A stretch of DNA of 64,000 nt from the human T2T-CHM13v2.0 reference genome, Homo sapiens: NCBI RefSeq assembly GCF_009914755.1, contig NC_060934.1, one strand, 5' to 3'. A program made the translations under genes and the position numbers. The notes below the pieces were generated by a model, which saw nothing but the letters and a program-made list of their open reading frames with translations, searched no databases and had not been told where the DNA came from. This document shows, piece by piece, positions 60,881 to 64,000 of this stretch; positions within the stretch are counted from its first letter, which is position 1; each line of letters starts with the position of its first letter.

Positions 60881-61879
60881 GCTGTGTGCCAGGCCTCTTC
60901 ACACCTACCCACTGTGTGTAAATGGCGGAGTCACACACAAGCTCACACCACCAGGCACTGGCTGACTGAAGGGGGTGATCTGAGATGGGCCTAGATTTAA
61001 GCTGGGATCACAGGCTTCCAATGTAGGTGAATTATTTTTAAGCAGCTCCTATATTTTAGGGACAAGTGCACAAAATGAGAGACTTCTTCCCTGCAAAAGG
61101 GAATTGATCTGCAATTTCAAAGCATAAAAAAAGTGATATTTTTGTTCAGGAAGGGTTGATAACTTTTCCATACAAAACATTTGCAAGTTACAGTCTTTCT
61201 AAATTCCTTAATCATAAAATAAAGATATTGGCCTGGGGAGTTAAGCACTATCTCCCAATGTGCATTTTGCAGTGAAATTTCAAGAACTAATAACAAATGT
61301 CTGGGGGTGGGGGTGGGGGAAGGACCCTGCTTATAAACTAGGCTATGTGGGCATCATTACTACTGGACTTCCGAAAAATTTTAATATGCTAATAGTACAT
61401 TTCAAACTTTTAAGGTGGGAATATAGTATTTACTTAACTCATTTAATTATAATTCCTTTAATTATAGTTAATCTTTCCCCCACAAACTCATGATTATTAT
61501 TTTTTTGGGGGCAGGTTAAAGGCAAAGTTTTATTAAATAGAATGCAAAGACATCAATCATAAAAGAAAATAACATCTTACTAAAATCAAAAATTTTTTGC
61601 CAAAAGACGTCTTTGAGAAAACGAAAAGATAAGCTACTGGCTGGGAAAACATATTTTATATAAATAGCATATTTTACTTTGTTGCTATCTTTACCTATCC
61701 CTCTACTTTCTTTTTCTCTTTTCAAGTTTTATTTTGGGTTCAAGGGAATTCACTGTTATTATTACTATCTTAAGTTGCTGGTGTTCTGAGGACGATAGTT
61801 AGGGGAACATTGCCTCAGGGAGTCTATGCTTTTAATCTTCACTTATTCTCTTGAAGAGCTGTCCCCTTGGTGTCTCAGC

Positions 61880-61946
61880 AAGGGAGTTTCAACTTAGACA
61901 TATTGAAGAACTTTCCATTGTGAAATTGTGTCACAGTTGAATGAGG
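61880..61946 (+). mobile_element. CR1/L3 3' fragment
   Basis: tttcaacttagacatattgaagaactttccattgtgaaattgtgtcacagttgaatgagg. Confidence 0.5.
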
Positions 61947-63398
61947 AAGACTCTAGGATTTTTCCTTTCCCAGAATTTTTGTTCCATCGTCCACAAACCA
62001 TGGTTTCAGTTCTCATTCAATCAACTTTCCTAAGGTTCTTGTTAAACACTCCGATTTGTGAATGAAAAAAAGTGACCTTTCAAACAAAGAGCTAACAATT
62101 AGAAAAAGTGTCATCAGCACTCATGTCAAACCAAGCATGGTTTTCTGCAACAATTGGGAGTAATATTTGGAGGGTTTTTTCTTTCCTTTTACTTCACATT
62201 GTGGCCAAGAAGTCGGCATTAGCATTTTCATGCAATCTGCGGGTGGTGTTGCTTATCTCTGCTGTTATGTAACCCTCATTACTCATTAGGATGTGGTGTT
62301 CCTATCGTGTGGCCTCAAACATTTCTCAGACAACAGAATTGGATGTAATATTTGGTAGCAGAGTATTCAAGCTTACCAAAAACTTTTCACATTTGTGGAT
62401 TTAAAAAAAAAAAGGTATACGCTACTTTCGCTGGGTTTTGTTAAAATGTTTCTTCTGTTTTGGCAGGTTTTGGTTTGAAGACAATCTAATTGTTTGAAAA
62501 ATATAGGTTAGCATACCACCTAGGAAAGTCCCTCCCTGAAGCACAGTAGACAGAACAGGAAGTCACAAGTGGCTGGCAGAGATTGCTGCTCCTAGCTTCT
62601 CAGTGTTCTCCCAGCATGCACATCTCTTCTGATTGGTTTGAAATCCACAGTGGATAATGAGCAGGGAGAGGCAGCATTGATTTGTTCTCCTTGGGTTTCT
62701 AGATTACAGTAATTTTCACTGAGGCCATTGCTTGCCATTGTACATTTCTGGTAAGCTGAGTTTTGTATATTACCCTATGATTATGATTCTAGGCACTGGG
62801 GTGGTGGCCGTTATTTATTTTTGAATGAATGAATAAATGGATTGTACAAAGCTTGGTATCCTGAAAAAATGTGCACATGAACTCCAGCTCCATCAATAAC
62901 TAGCTGCCTGCTCCCGGAGAGCAGAGATTTTCTTGGCTGTAGTTTCTCCTCTAGCTTAGATTACAGTCTTCTCCCGGTAAAGTTGACTCCATTTCTCATA
63001 GAATACAGCAGAGTCTCATAGCAGAGTTATGACTCAGTTTCTATACCATTCTTGTCCCTGGATTTGTCAGAATTCCCAGCAGACAAAGGAACAGAACTCG
63101 ATCTGGCACCTTCTTTCTGTACCAGTCTTTACTCCGGACTCCAATCTTTCTCTCTTCGGCTACCATGTAACTCACCCCACCCTCTCCAGGCCATAAAAAT
63201 ATCCCAGAAAACAAAAATATTTCAAAAACATCTAAATGCTAAAAAGAACATGTCATTTACTATTAGCTTACTACGTTCCACATTTTCATGCTCTATTTTA
63301 CTGAATCCACACAACAATTGTGTTGTAGTCGTGATTATTCCCATTAAATGACATAATGAGGCTAAAGGGGTTGTCCTGGACACAAAGCCACACAACTA

Positions 63399-63705
<307 letters not shown>

Positions 63706-64000
63706 TCCCAAGGCTTTTTGTCTTCAAAGCCTGTGCTGTCTCCTTACAAGAAAAGTGAGAGCCTTGGACCAGCCCCGAGGTTCCTTTTGGCTCTCTGATT
63801 CTCTGTGCCTATGTTGCCATTGTCTTCCCTACTCTGTATCTTACTCTGTGTATTTCACCACCTCTGATTTTTTTTAGCACCCCTAATTTTACAGCCCCAA
63901 AGCAATAGCAATCACGTGTCCTGATGCGGCAAATATTGAGAAGTTTATTTGTTAAGTCTGGGTTTGAGCCAGATGTCACCATGGTGTTTCTGCAGCCTCC

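Overview
Primate (very likely human) intergenic/intronic DNA with no intact protein-coding gene that I can support. The only gene-derived sequence is a full-length processed pseudogene of the splicing factor PRPF38A (about 40030-41482, + strand). It is intronless, has a frameshift and two premature stops, and ends in ATTAAA, a poly(A) tail and a target-site duplication (TSD). From memory, unverified, PRPF38AP1 lies at 10p14 downstream of GATA3. The rest is a dense repeat landscape: about 43 Alu-family elements (AluJ/S/Y, FLAM, FRAM, FAM), L1, L2, MIR, CR1/L3, MaLR/ERVL LTRs, MER5A and MER53 DNA transposons, microsatellites and a ~31-bp minisatellite. Several unique, CpG-retaining segments look like enhancers. 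Nearly all ORFs in the track are repeat read-through. I found no convincing new multi-gene system. The best leads are: a MER53 hairpin carrying a miR-1302-like 21-mer; an old ~150-bp direct duplication flanking the pseudogene; a 72-nt identical tract shared by two Alus, one of them a fold-back chimera; an internally collapsed AluY with an intact TSD; a short polyadenylated LTR-like retrocopy; and several motif-dense candidate enhancers. All repeat family and subfamily calls, and all reference sequences compared, come from recalled consensus sequences, not database searches.
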